DNA of 64,000 nucleotides from Eledone cirrhosa (GCA_964016885.1 OZ024748.1:41230001-41294000); one strand, 5' to 3'. Numbered from the stretch's first letter, positions 13,137-26,735 are shown. Notes: a model not told the origin generated them from the letters alone. Numbers and translations: made by a program.

Positions 13137-13186
13137 TCTTGTCACTCTGCAGTTCCGCCCGTTTATCACAGTGTCATCAGACAAGA
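13137..13186 (-). ncRNA. Degenerate hammerhead-like motif, same family as 9099-9237
   Basis: The minus strand reads tcttgt-CTGATGA-cactgtgataaacgggc-GGAA-ctgcagag-TG-acaaga. Stem I is a perfect 6 bp, but GGAA replaces GAAA and the cleavage site is non-canonical. Confidence 0.45.
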
Positions 13187-13506
13187 ACACACACACATAT
13201 ATTCAAATAGAGGACGCATAATGGAAAAAAAAACAACGGAAAGACGGACAGTCCAATCTCCTCAGTCAACCTCTGGAAATAACTATGGTTTTGGTAATTA
13301 AGGTCGATACCATTCATCCCAGTGTACACTGGGACATAACAAAACATGTAGAGTCAAGTTCTGCCTTTATATATATATATATATATATATATTTGTATAT
13401 AATGAAAGACACTGAGTAAGGCTTATTTTGAAAATAACCAAATCTAAGTCATTGTTTTGGAAGTTAACAAAAGTTTCTTACATAAAATTATGATGATAGG
13501 TTTTTA

Positions 13507-14075
13507 GATGATGGTGATGGTGGTGATGATGGTGATGGTGGTGGTGGTGGTGGTGGTGGTAATGGTGGTGGTGGTGGTGATGGTAATGGTGGTGGTGGTG
13601 GTGGTGGTGGTGGCGGTAATGGTGGTGGTGGTGGTGGTGGTGGTGGTGGTGGTGGTGGTGATGATGGTGGTGGTGATGGTAATAGTGGTGGTGGTGGTGG
13701 TAATGGTGGCGGTAATGGTGGTGGTGGTGATGATGGTAATGGTGGTGGTGGCGGTGGTGGTGGTGATGATGGTAATGGTGGTGGTGATGGTGGTGGTGGT
13801 AGTGGTGATGGTGGTAATGGTGGTGGTGATGATGGTAATGGTGGTGGTGATGGTGGTGATGATGGTAATGGTGGTGGTGGTGGTGATGGTGGTGATGATG
13901 GTAATGGTGGTGGTGATGGTGGTGGTGGTGATGGTGGTGGTGGTGGTGGTGTAGTGGTGGTGGTGGCGATGGTGGTGGTGGTGTAGTGGTGGTGGTGGTG
14001 ATGGGGGTCGTGGTGGTGGCGATGGTGGTGGTGGTGGTGGTGGTGGTGATGCTGAAGATGATGGTAATGGTGATG
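13507..14075. repeat. (GGT/GAT/AAT)n compound trinucleotide tract
   Basis: Read directly. It is the source of the poly-Pro/Thr/His/Val ORFs. Confidence 0.93.
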
Positions 14076-14459
14076 ATATATGTACATTAAAATACACATC
14101 AGAGAACCATGTGGGGGTGGGGTCGTGTCGAGGTGGGTCAGATGGTTTGTATCAAAAGCGGGGAGGGGGGGGGGGGGGGTATGTGTGAATGTGAAACAAT
14201 CAAAACTGTCCAACAACAACAACAGTGGCGCCGCCAAACACAGATATGATCTACTTTCATACTAAATAAAACAACAGCTTCATCAATATATCTGAAATAA
14301 GCCAATGAAACTGCTTCAATTTAGTCACATGACTTAACGAGGCAGCAGGAAAGTTTCCATCACCAGAATTCTGTCTAAATTGGAAACCAGGTGGTTTTGT
14401 CTCAATAATGGTTTCTAATTTAGACACAAGGCCTGCAATTTGAATACAGTGACTTGATT

Positions 14460-14942
14460 AAACCTTTTGGTACCAAACCTCTTGAAACCTAGCTCTGATC
14501 ATAACACTTTGGTACCAAACCTTTTGAAACATACCTCTGGTCTTAACCCTTTTGGTACCAAATCTCTTGAAACCTAGCTCTTGTCATAACCCTTTTGGTA
14601 CCAAACTACTTGAAACCTAGCTCTGGTCATAACCCTTTTGGTACCAAACTACTTGAAACCTAGCTCTTGTCATAACCCTTTTGGTACCAAACTACTTGAA
14701 ACCTAGCTCTGGTCATAACCCTTTTGGTACCAAACCTTTTGAAACCTAGCTCTGGTCTTAACCCTTTTGGTACCAAATCTCTTGAAACCTAGCTCTGGTC
14801 ATAACCCTTTTGGTACCAAACCACTTGAAACCTAGCTCTGGTCTTAACCCTTTTGGTACCAAACCTCTTGAAACCTACCGCTGGTCTTAACACTTTGGTA
14901 TCAAACCTCTTGAAACCACCCTTGGTCATAAACCTTTTGGTA
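14460..14942 (+). repeat. 43-bp minisatellite (about 11 units)
   Basis: Unit aacccttttggtaccaaacctcttgaaacctagctctggtcat. Confidence 0.93.
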
Positions 14943-15144
14943 ATGACATCACAATGAGACTAAGATAATACTAATGACATAATGAAACTGTTATGACAGT
15001 GAGACTAAGATAATAATAAACAGGTTGAAGACAAAAGAAGTCCCTAAAAGGTAGACAGGAACAGGTGGCTACCTGCAATCCACAGTAATCTCCTACCAAA
15101 TGACAAAGAAGATTTTGTAATAAACCTAATACATATATAAGTCT

Positions 15145-16537
15145 GTGTGTCTCTATCAATGTGTCAGTGTGTGTGTGTGTGTGTCAGAGTGTGTCAGTGT
15201 GTGCCTGTCAGTGTGTGTGTGTGTATGTGCATCTCTGTGTGTGTACTTGTGTCAGTGTGTATGTGTGTGTGTCAGAGTGTGTCAGTGTGTGCCTGTCAGT
15301 GTGTGTGTGTGTGTATGTGCATCTCTGTGTGTGTACTTGTGTCAGTGTGTATGTGTGTGTGTGTCAGAGTGTGCCTGTCTGTGTGTGTGTATGTGCATCT
15401 CTGTGTGTGTACGTGTGTGTCAGTGTGTGTTATGTGTGTGTCAGAGTGTGTCAGTGTGTGTGTGTGTGTGTCAGAGTGTGTCAGTGTGTGCCTGTCTGTG
15501 AGTGTGTGTATGTGCATCGCTGTGTATGTACTTGTGTGTGTGTGTGTCTCAGTGTGTCTGTCTGTGTGTGTGTGTGTGTGTATGTGTGTGTGTGTCAGTG
15601 TGTGTGTGTGTGTGTGTCAGTGTGTGCCTGTCTATGTGTGTGCGTGTGTGTGTGTCAGAAATGGTTGGTATGAAACTGATCATTTCAGTCATAGAACTCT
15701 GGCTTGGAAAGTCCAGTCCAACAGATGGAAGTAGGGGATGGTGGTGGTGGGGGATGGTGGTGGTGGCGGAGATAGTGGTGGTGGGGGATAGTGGTGGTGG
15801 GGGAGATAGTGTGATAGTGGTGGCATTAGTGGTGGTGGTAGATGGTGTGATTATGGTAGTTGTGGCAGTGATGATGATGTTAGTGGTAGTAGTGACACTG
15901 GCAGTGGTGGTGGGTGATGGTGATAGGAGATAGTGGGGGGTGGGGGTGGGGTGGGGGTGGGGTGATGGTGATGGGGTAGGGGGGTGATGGTAGTAGTGAT
16001 GGCGATGATGTGGTGATGGTGATAGTGACGATGGGGGTGATAGTGATGGGAGAGTGGGATGGTGGTGGTGATGGGGTAGTGGGGTGGTGGTGGTGATGAG
16101 GTGTGATTAATCCACAAGCCTGAACTGCATCAAAGAAGCAAAGAAGGAATAAATAAATGGTAAACAAGAGAAAGGTGTGAAGACAGTGAGTAGGGTTAGA
16201 GAGGAGGGTGACGGTGGGGGAGAGGTGGGGTGATGGGGTGTGGGGTGTGGGGGAGAATAATAGTCATGTGTTGCTACTAGTGGTAACTTTATGAGGTGGT
16301 GGTGGTGGTGGTCGAGGAAGGAGGTATTGAGGGTGGCAGTGGAGTAGTAGCAGTAGTAGTAGTAGCAGTAGTGGTAGTGGTGGTGGTAGTAGTAGTAGTA
16401 GTGGTAGTATTAGTAGTAGTGGTGGTGGTGGTGGTAGTAGTAGTAGTGGTGGTGATGGTAGTAGTGGTGGTGGTGGTGATAGTGGTAGTAGTAGTGGTGG
16501 TGATAGTGGTAGTAGTAGTAGTATAGTAGTAGTAGTG

Positions 16538-16570
<33 letters not shown>

Positions 16571-16575
16571 ATAGT
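15145..16575. repeat. TG-rich, GGT-rich and (AGT/GGT)n low-complexity tracts
   Basis: Read directly from the sequence. Confidence 0.88.
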
Positions 16576-16583
16576 GTAGGGTA

Positions 16584-16990
16584 CATGTATATACACATAC
16601 ACTACATGTTCATGTATATATACATACACATGTTCATGTATATACACATACACTACATGTTCATGTATATACACATACATTACATGTTCATGTATATACA
16701 CATACACTACATGTTCATGTATATATACATACACTACATGTTCATGTATATACACATACACTACATGTTCATGTATATACACATACACTACATGTTCATG
16801 TATATACATACACTACATGTTCATGTATATACACATACACTACATGTTCATGTATATATATATATACATACACTACATGTTCATGTATATATACATACAC
16901 TACATGTTCATGTATATACACATACACTACATGTTCATGTATATACATACACTACATGTTCATGTATATATATATATATATATATACCCT
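16584..16990 (+). repeat. ~27-bp minisatellite
   Basis: Unit catgtatatacacatacactacatgtt. Confidence 0.92.
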
Positions 16991-17631
16991 ACATGTACAT
17001 ATATTACCTTATTCCAAAATCCACCTTAGAATTACTACAAATTAGAGTACCTACCCAGAACGTCCTAAAGCCCCCCCCCCCCCCCCCCTCTCTCTCTCCA
17101 ATCATCAAAGCCACCTGCACCTTGGACACTAACATCTAAAGGTACCAAGCAATTTCGGAACAATTTAGAGAGAACATTTCTTAAACTAAAATCCCTGAAC
17201 ATGTATTAACTGAGACCAAATAGCATTTCACCCCAGTATTTAACTGGTACTTTGTTTGATTGATGTCGGAAGGATGAGAGGCAAAGTTGACTTGGCTAGG
17301 ATTTGAACTCACAGCTGTAAAAGAGTTGTAAGAAATACAGCAAAGTATATTATCGTTGGATTTTGGAACTGGTTCTACCTACAGAGAATAAGGTGAGGTC
17401 ATTTCTGGGAGAGAGAGCAGAGGAGGCTGTATGAAGGACAGGTGTGAACAGGTATGGGGGAGAGAGGGGGGAGTGAGAGGGGTGAAGGACAGGAGTGAAC
17501 AGGTGTAGTGGGCTGGGGGTGAGAGGGAAGGGGAGAGAGAGGTGTAGTATTATGACCAACCGCATGATTTGGTGTGAAACATTTCAAATTTCACCAAATA
17601 AAAGATTTCAACAGTGGATAACACATGATGC

Positions 17632-17676
<45 letters not shown>

Positions 17677-17848
17677 ATATACATATGTATATATATGTGT
17701 GTGTGTTATTGCAGTTGAGAAATGTCTATTTTGGCTGTAAATTCCCACTTGGTTTGTCTGTCGTCCTATTAGTCATCTAGATTCTGGCGGCTAAACAAAC
17801 CAATACTAACAATGGTGATAATTAGAGGATGAGCTATCATCTCTCTCG

Positions 17849-17900
<52 letters not shown>

Positions 17901-17934
17901 TAATAAATGGAAACTATATTTATAAAACCATATT

Positions 17935-18000
17935 TATTTTATTATATATATTTCAAGGGCAACCAAGGCAAATTATGGTGCGCTTTCATCAGATAAAATA
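17935..18000 (-). ncRNA. Minimal type I hammerhead ribozyme motif (family A, TATATA stem III)
   Basis: The minus strand reads tattttat-CTGATGA-aagcgcacca..tggttgccctt-GAAA-tatata-TA-ataaaata. Stem I is 8 bp and the element ends in (TA)n about 43 nt downstream. Confidence 0.8.
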
Positions 18001-18096
18001 CAGATTTGTTTTATAAATAAATATTGACATACCCGGAAAAAAGACAACCTTAACGGTTGGAGCTTCCTGGATAGTCACTATCCATTACATAACTAA

Positions 18097-18207
<111 letters not shown>

Positions 18208-18544
18208 TTAGCAGAGTACTCGGTACTTGGGATAGTAGAGTGAATATGAGTCTGGAATTTGCTGTCGAAACGGCAAGAGCTCAGTCGTTGGGCTCAGACT
18301 CTCTAATATTTATATACATATATCCAGAGAGAGGATAGCACAGAGAGAGGATGGCACAGGGGGAGAAGGGGGTGCAGATTAACTATTAAGTAAGATAAAC
18401 ACGTGCTTAAGATCTTAAGAGGGACCCGAAAAACTTCTTTTTCCTTTAACACTACAGTATATGTTACCTTTTTGTCCCCATATACAGTATCTAGGGTTAT
18501 TATAATCGTCCCTCTAGTGCATTTAAAGGGGTTAATGATCTGGC

Positions 18545-18580
<36 letters not shown>

Positions 18581-18581
18581 A

Positions 18582-18686
18582 TACAGGGTGGCCCCCAAAG
18601 ATGTATACATACTTTGATAGCATTCTAATAAATATTGTCTGTAGGGGTAATCAAAGTGTGTATACATTTTGGGGGTACACCCTGAT
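18582..18686. mobile_element. Tc1/mariner-type MITE
   Basis: Imperfect TIRs: TACAGGGTG gcccccaaagatgtatacatactttgat ... atcaaagtgtgtatacattttgggggta CACCCTG. Confidence 0.7.
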
Positions 18687-18902
18687 ATACAGTTTCTTCA
18701 ATGCCAGAATACGATTAAGCTGACACATGTATATATTTCTGGCAATATTATAACATGACCCTCGCCAAATATAATATATAATACTTCAACAGAGAAACAC
18801 AAGAGAATCGTGAAGTGTGTTTACAGGGAGCTAACCTCTACATCAAGTACCATACCATAACAGGCGGTGTATCAGACATAAACAAATGCGCGTGTACAGA
18901 CA

Positions 18903-18966
<64 letters not shown>

Positions 18967-20347
18967 GAGAGAGAGAGAGAGAGAGAGATCTGTGTATGTA
19001 TGTATTTGACTAAGGACTACAAGTTTTACAACACATATAAAGCTATATAAATAACCCCACCATATGTGCGTGTGTAATATTATATATAAAGTACCAGTAA
19101 TGCACTGGTGAAGGCTGGCCTTGTGCCTAAAGTAGAAACAATTATATATAAAGTACCAGTAATGCACTGGTGAAATGCTAGCCTTGTGCCTAAAGTAGAA
19201 ACAATTATATATATATATATATATATATATCTACACACACACGTATGTGTCTATCTCTGTCTATCTATCTAGCTAGTTGTCAAACAAGTTACTTTTATAT
19301 AAACAGAAAGTTGACCTCTATATCTATCTATATATCTATCTATCTACATATCTATCTATCTAAAAAAAATAAAAAAAAAAATCCCAGGTACTTGTATACT
19401 AAGGATATTAGTCGGTTGGAAAGTCCGATTTTGTCAAGAGCACTACACTTGGTTGGAGTAGTCACGACTGGAAACTGAAACTAGATTCTCAACTTACATT
19501 TGACTGGAACACAGACAAATAGATGGATAAAGAGAAAAATAAATATTTTCTAGTAAAGCCGTGAACTTTAATAATAGTGTTTTTAGTAAAGTATAAATGT
19601 TAAGTTGGAGGCGTTCACACTAATACCAACATTATTTATGGCACACACATATACACCCACTAGTTTTAACCAACGTTTTATACTAAACGCAATACCAGTT
19701 ATATATATATAGTACATCTACTGTTGCTTGTTTCATTGTGTCAGAAGGTATGTATAATTAAAAAGATATAGTGGAGATTTGAACTCGGCATGAGATGACA
19801 AATTATAGTAAATAAAATAAAATATTTCGTCCTGTGTTTTCCTATTTTAGTCATCTAAACAGAAACACTCAAATCTACAGTGTATGAGCAATGGGAAGTT
19901 GTAACATTCATCGGTTTTCCGATTATATTAGCTCTATTTGAAGAGAGGTTTTAATTAAAATTAGAAAGTGCGTCATGGTATCTATTGACCGGGGACTTAC
20001 CTCTGACGCATGCAAAGATGTTATCGGTTTTATATTTTTATCGGAAAGGAAATGGAAAATTGTATCTTTCTCTCCTTCTGCAATAATGGTGCAAATGAAG
20101 AAAATTGGCTTCGATCTAAAAAAAAATCGAGTCCTCTCTTACTGTGTTCATCCGACAACAGTAAAAGAAGATAAAAAGCTGGTTAAAATCTTTAAACTAT
20201 TTATTTCGGTTGTTTAATATAGCTTGGACTACACTATATCATGTGTCATTTTTTTTTTAAAGACGATAAACTGTGATCTGATTTGGCTGTTATTTCTAAC
20301 AAATTCCATCGACTATGCAATAATTTCTCACTACGACGACCACTACC

Positions 20348-20378
<31 letters not shown>

Positions 20379-20681
20379 GATTCAGCGAGAATCGCATTTC
20401 GGCGGGCAGGAAAAGCGAAGCGAAACGCAAAAATCAGAGATGTTTATTATTTATGTGAGTTTGTTTAGCAACGACATTATATTTGTAATGTTATATATAT
20501 ATATATATATATATATATGATTATTCTAAGAAAGATATGAGGTGGTGGGACGTTCATGCCTTTCCCAAAGTACACATGAACTGTCAAGACGAGACAAAGA
20601 CAGGTGAAATTTCAAAATAAGACACAGCTGACTGGTTTTACTATAAACAGAGGCATATCTAGATAGTGTCATGTATGTATG

Positions 20682-20722
<41 letters not shown>

Positions 20723-20825
20723 GTGTTAGAGAATGAAATAAACATTCAGATAAAATGTTACAAAAATCAAGTTTATTTTAAACCTAAAACGAAAGGGCGA
20801 GGTTTAGATGAGTGTATGTAGGTTG

Positions 20826-20859
<34 letters not shown>

Positions 20860-20997
20860 CAAATATGTATATATCTATATTTATGTATATATAATCAACA
20901 GAGAAAAAGAAAAAAAATTGTCATTAATATACGAGACTTAACTATATACATACACACCCACATGATATATATATATATATATCGTGTGTGTGTATAC

Positions 20998-21036
<39 letters not shown>

Positions 21037-21111
21037 GCGCGCGTAAAGCAGATAAACAAATACGTTTACTATAATACTGGAGGGAAAATTACAATTAGAT
21101 CTGATGATTAG

Positions 21112-21163
<52 letters not shown>

Positions 21164-21370
21164 GAATAACGAGTGAAAAATGTATGAGGTTTGTGTGAAA
21201 TGGGATTTAATGATGTTTGTGTGAAATGGGATTTAATGATGTTCATTCATTTCTCCACTTAAAGACGTCAAACGACGCAAATTCAAACACATGCTGCCGT
21301 CTTAATTATTAGAGGGAACGGAGTTTAAGGTTAGCCAGCTGCTAGTGATACATACATACGTATACATATA

Positions 21371-21443
21371 CACAAAAAATGTATACACGCCGCTTTGATT
21401 ATAATATTGTTGAAGTGTGTATACATTTTTGGGACACCCTGTA
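21371..21443. mobile_element. Partial copy of the same Tc1/mariner-type MITE
   Basis: aaaaatgtatacac...gtgtgtatacatttttgggaCACCCTGTA followed by TA. Confidence 0.6.
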
Positions 21444-21720
21444 TATATGTATGAATATATATATATATATATGTGTGTGTGTATATATAAATATATATAT
21501 ATGTATATATAAATATATATATATAAATATATAAATATATATATATGTATATATAAATATATATATATATATGTATAAATATATATATATGTATATAAAT
21601 ATATATAAATATAAATATATATATATGATATAAGTAGATAGATGCGAGTTCCGGGTTCAATCGGGGGTAACCACAGTTAGTAAGGTACTCAATATATTAG
21701 TAGTATAAACATCAGGTTTA

Positions 21721-21798
21721 ATATAGAAATTGCTTCTACAAGACTGATGATCTCTTTTGAATGAAACAGTTCTAGTCCTGTAGAAACCATTTCTATAT
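21721..21798 (+). ncRNA. Hairpin element with a hammerhead-like core (tentative)
   Basis: A long imperfect stem atatagaaattgcttctacaaga / tcctgtagaaaccatttctatat encloses CTGATGA-tctcttttgaat-GAAA-cagttctag. The 3' half recurs at ~1990-2030. Core geometry is imperfect. Confidence 0.4.
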
Positions 21799-21846
21799 CA
21801 AACTCAACATATATATATATATATATTGTAAAAGAATCCATTACCT

Positions 21847-21878
<32 letters not shown>

Positions 21879-22488
21879 TGTAGATAGATAGAAAGGTGTC
21901 TGTCTCTCACTGACGACTAGGTACAAGAGAAGAAGGGCAGAGAAGAAAAAAAAGGGTGTAGTCGTTATGTGGGTTGTATGTTAGCGAACCCAGAAGAATA
22001 AAATATAGAGGCAAGATGCTTGAATCTAGCAGCACGCCTTGATGACATTGATGAAAGAGGTAGAGAAGGTAACTATAAAGGAGACAAGACAGAACAGATT
22101 ATTTTTTAAAAAGGGTCCATTTGGGTAAATTAATGAAGGCAAAGAGACAATTATTCATATTTAAGAAACACTGACTAATATATATATATAAATACATTTA
22201 AAACAAATGATTTATATTTACTACAAGGGCACAAAATTATACAATACATAACAATAATAATTACTGTAACGAAATTGACAGAAATTAATACTGAAAGTTA
22301 AGGGTTTGATTTCTGACTTAGGTATATAAATATTTCGTGAAAAAATATACATATATATACATGGGTTTATATACACGTAGATATATATAAATGTGGTTAT
22401 ATACACGCCTATATATATATACATATATACAAATGTATATACACGTAGATATATATACATATACATAAATCTGTGTAAATAGACTTAG

Positions 22489-22555
<67 letters not shown>

Positions 22556-23219
22556 GATAGATAGATGTGTGCATATACACGTAGATATATATATAGATGT
22601 ATGTATATATACGTAGATCTGTATATATATATGTGTGTGCGTGTATACATGTAGATAGATATAATTATATATACAATATAGCTTACCTATTTTCCATAAC
22701 AAATCGCTCAGGTCGAAGATAGGGAAACACACTTTAATAAAGTGGGCTTCCTCCAGACTCCCAGGTCCCCAGATCAGTTTTTAAATATGCCTGCTTAAAT
22801 AAATCCTTTCCAACGAAGTACTTTGTCATTTGAAGGAGCTTAAAATGTTGTGTTAAAAGGGTAGCCCGAGGCACCCTTTTAACAGATACACATGGATAAC
22901 TGATGGATATATAAATATATATACATATCTAGCTGTATATATACGTTAATATATATACACTTAAGTGTATACCCCTAACGAAAGTAAAGGGGAAATGAGG
23001 GGTTTTGTTTAAGCAGTTACATTTGAAAGGTAATAAGTTTTACTATCAGTTTAATAACTGATAAATGTTGATGTTTCTCTGATAGTTGGGAGAAAAAATG
23101 AGCGATTGTATAGGAGGGGGAGTGATAGAGTAGAGAGATTTAGAGAGGGTGGAGTAGATAGTGAGTGAGGGTGTAGACTGAGAGAGAGAGAGGAAGGGAG
23201 TGGAATTGTGGGAGGGAGT

Positions 23220-23722
23220 ACGTTTGTGTGTGAATGTATGTGTGTAGTGTATGTACCAATGCGTGTGTACGTTTAAATGTGTATGTGAATGTATATATTT
23301 GTGTAGTGTATGTACCAATGCGTGTGTACCTTTAAATGTGTATGTGTATGTGTATCAGTGCGTGTGTACGTTTGAATGTGTATGTGTGTATCAGTGTGTG
23401 TGTGTATGTATCAATGCATGTGTACGTTTGAATGCGTATGTGTGTGTTTGTGAGTATCTGTACGTGCGTGTATATGTGTGTGACGGTATATATGCTTGTA
23501 AATGTGTGTGGATGTGTGCTCGTGTGTACTTACGTGAACGTGTGTGTGTGTGTAAGTGTGTATATATGTGTGTACGTGTGTGTATTTACGTGAATGTGTG
23601 TGTAAGTTTGTATATGTTTGTGTACGTGTGTGTATTTATGTGCACGTGTGTAAGTGTGTCAATATATATGCGTACGTGCGTTAACATGTGTGCAAGTGTA
23701 CGTGTGTATGTATGTATGTATG

Positions 23723-23753
<31 letters not shown>

Positions 23754-24026
23754 AACGTGCATGAACATGTGTGTAAGTGTACATGTGTATGTATATATAT
23801 ATATATGTGTGTGTGTGTGTTGTTAGTATATTCTGAAAGGCTCACTGTCAATGTCAGCGTTCTCTTTCACCCCTCCGTCTCCCTGCCATATGTCTTACGC
23901 TCTCTCTCTCTCTCCCGACTCCCCCTTCTCTCTCCATCTCCCTCTCTCTGTCTCCTCCCTCTCTCTATCTCCATCTCTCTCCCTCTGTGTCTCCCCCAAC
24001 CCTCGCTCTGTGTCTCCCTCTCTGTG

Positions 24027-24062
<36 letters not shown>

Positions 24063-24184
24063 CCCCTCTCTCTCTATCTCCCCTCTCTGTCTCCCCCCTC
24101 ACTATCACCATCTCCCTCTCTCTGTGTCCCCCCTCTCTATCACCATCTCCCTCTCTTTGTGTCTCCCCCCTCTCTCTATCTCCA

Positions 24185-24226
<42 letters not shown>

Positions 24227-24715
24227 AATCTTGTACCTTTTTTTTCTCTCATTCATAATTGCTGTTTCCTCTTCTCCATCTCGCATCAACTTTCAATCTC
24301 TCTTCTCCCTCTCTGTCATCATCTCCTTCCTCCACACCCATATCTCTCATTATCCTCTTCCCCCACACCCCTCTCTGTCATCATCTCCTTCCCCCACCCC
24401 ACCCCCTATCTCTCATTATCTCCTTCTCCCACCCCCTCTCTGTCATCCTCTCCCTCCCCCAGCGCCCCTCTGTCATCCTCCTCCTCCAACCCCTTCTCTC
24501 TCATCATCTCTCTCCCTCCACCATTCCCTATCTCTCCCCCTCATCTCTCTCTTCCTCAAACACATCTCTCTCTCCTCTCCATCTCCCCACTCCCTCACCT
24601 CTCCCACCCACCTCTCCACCTCCATCTCCCCTCCCCCATCTATCCCCCTCACCTCTCCTCCTCCATCTCCCCCCTCCACCTCTCACCATCACTCTCCCCT
24701 CTCCCCTATGACCAT
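23220..24715. repeat. TG-rich then CT-rich low-complexity tracts
   Basis: Read directly from the sequence. Confidence 0.88.
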
Positions 24716-24785
24716 CTCCGGTAAATTAACAGAATCAGACTAAATGCCTTGTGGTATTTGTTTTGGTTCTTTACTTTCTCAGTTC

Positions 24786-24898
24786 AATACATATATATAA
24801 GTCGAGGCCCAGAGGTCCAATACATATATATATAAGTCGAGGCCCAATACATATATATAAGTCGAGGCCCAGTACATATATATATAAGTCGAGGTCCA

Positions 24899-24979
<81 letters not shown>

Positions 24980-25024
24980 CCGAGGCCCAATACATATGTA
25001 TATAAGTCGAGGTCCAATACATAC

Positions 25025-25081
<57 letters not shown>

Positions 25082-25238
25082 AACCAGTAAGACCCCGACA
25101 GCTGAGCTCAAGCCGTTTCGAAACGGCTTGAGCTCAGCTGTCGGGGTCTTACTGGTTCCTATTACCCACTCTACTACCTCAAGTATTGAGTACTTTGGTG
25201 CGTTATGGTCCACCTGGTTCCTTACCACATTTCCTTCG

Positions 25239-25305
<67 letters not shown>

Positions 25306-25536
25306 TCGAGGCCCAATACATATATATAAGCCGAGGCCCAATACATATATATATATAAGTCGAGGCCCAATACATATATACATATAAGTCGAAGTCCAAT
25401 ACATATATATATAAGCCGAGGCCCAATACACACACATATATAAGTCGAGGTCCAATACATACATATATAAGTCGAGGTCCAATACACATATATATAAGTC
25501 GAGGCCCAATACACATATATATAAGTCGAGGCCCAA
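24786..25536 (+). repeat. Variable minisatellite (TA)n-agtcgaggcccaatac, interrupted by an insert
   Basis: About 15 copies of tataagtcgagg(c/t)ccaatacat separated by variable TA runs, interrupted at 25077-25241. Confidence 0.85.
25077..25162. repeat. Perfect 86-bp spacerless palindrome
   Basis: ataggaaccagtaagaccccgacagctgagctcaagccgtttc|gaaacggcttgagctcagctgtcggggtcttactggttcctat, centred at 25119/25120. Confidence 0.95.
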
Positions 25537-25685
25537 CAGCTGAGCTCTTGTTCCGACAGCAAATTCCAGACAGAAACGGCAAGAGTTCAGCCGTCGGTCC
25601 CTGCCTCTCTAATATTCCAAGTATTGAGTACTCTGTTGAATAATGCTCTTGTTTAAAACTAGTTTAACCTATATATATAACTATA

Positions 25686-25750
25686 TATTTTATCTGATGA
25701 AGACGTACTGCAAAAAAACAACACTGTACCTTTGAAATATATATAATAAA
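25686..25750 (+). ncRNA. Minimal type I hammerhead ribozyme motif (family A-related, different stem II)
   Basis: tttat-CTGATGA-agacgtac..gtaccttt-GAAA-tatata-TA-ataaa, then about 55 nt to (TA)n. Confidence 0.7.
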
Positions 25751-25796
25751 GCATATATTTTGATTATGTGAATATCTTTCATTTGTTAATATTTTG

Positions 25797-25863
<67 letters not shown>

Positions 25864-26066
25864 TATGTACACGTACATACAATTATGTATACCGACGTAC
25901 AGTAGTATGTATATACATATATACATACATGCACACATATATATATGCACGTATGGATTCACCGAACATTTATTATAATGCTCGGTGTGTTTGTAAACAA
26001 ACATCCCGTATTGAGCCGTAGTGTCTAGCAACCACCGTTGCTCGATTGTTCAACACTAACAAAGGA

Positions 26067-26109
26067 ACGCTGTACTAGTTTCAAGCTTGTTAGCTATCGT
26101 CAGCAACGT
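26067..26109 (-). ncRNA. Minimal type I hammerhead ribozyme motif (family D, CTAG stem III)
   Basis: The minus strand reads acgttg-CTGACGA-tagctaacaagctt-GAAA-ctag-TA-cagcgt. Confidence 0.8.
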
Positions 26110-26488
26110 ATACCTTCCTGCCAGATTGTTGAACGTATATACTTACCTTATGCATATTAACGGCTGAGTAGCCCAATATGCATATCGAGTGGGTTAATCG
26201 GCCGGGTGCACCGAAAACGATAAACGGAAAAAATGAAACGATATTTCATTTCCCACTCTTAGTACGGCTGTTACTTAAATATAAGTATGTACACGTACAT
26301 ACATATATGTATACCGACGTACAGTAATATGTATATACATATATACATACATGCACACATATATATATGCACGTATGGATTCACCGAACATTTATTATAA
26401 TGCTCGGTGTGTTTGTAAACAAACATCCCGTATTAAGCCGTAGTGTCTAGCAACCACCGTTGCTCGTTTGTTCAACACTGACAAAGGA

Positions 26489-26531
26489 ACGCTGTACTAG
26501 TTTCAAGCTTGTTAGCTATCGTCAGCAACGT
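26489..26531 (-). ncRNA. Minimal type I hammerhead ribozyme motif (family D)
   Basis: Identical to 26067-26109 and 422 bp away. Confidence 0.8.
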
Positions 26532-26692
26532 ATACCTTCGTATACCTGGGAAATGAAATATCGTTTCATTTTTTCCGTTTATCTTTTTCGGTGCACCCGG
26601 CCGATTAACCCACTCGATATGCATATTGGGCTACTCAGCCGTTAATATGCATAAGGTAAGTATATACGTTCAACAATCTGGCAGGAAGGTAT

Positions 26693-26735
26693 ACGTTGCT
26701 GACGATAGCTAAGAAGCTTGAAACTAGTACAGCGT
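26693..26735 (+). ncRNA. Minimal type I hammerhead ribozyme motif (family D)
   Basis: acgttg-CTGACGA-tagc-taagaa-gctt-GAAA-ctag-TA-cagcgt. Confidence 0.8.

Noticed and set aside
13488-14237. Extensin/formin-like poly-proline ORF
   Set aside because: A (GGT)n microsatellite that is open in several frames on both strands.
19975-20217. 80-aa ORF in non-repetitive sequence
   Set aside because: No recognisable motif. It is probably a decayed TE and cannot be supported without a search.
22682-22845. Possible minus-strand host exon ending in AG|GTAAG, next to a hairpin at 22851-22884
   Set aside because: Stops occur in all three frames and there is no recognisable homology. A non-coding exon cannot be excluded.
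24786-25536. CRISPR-like repeat-spacer pattern
   Set aside because: The 'spacers' are only TA runs, the context is eukaryotic, and there are no cas genes.
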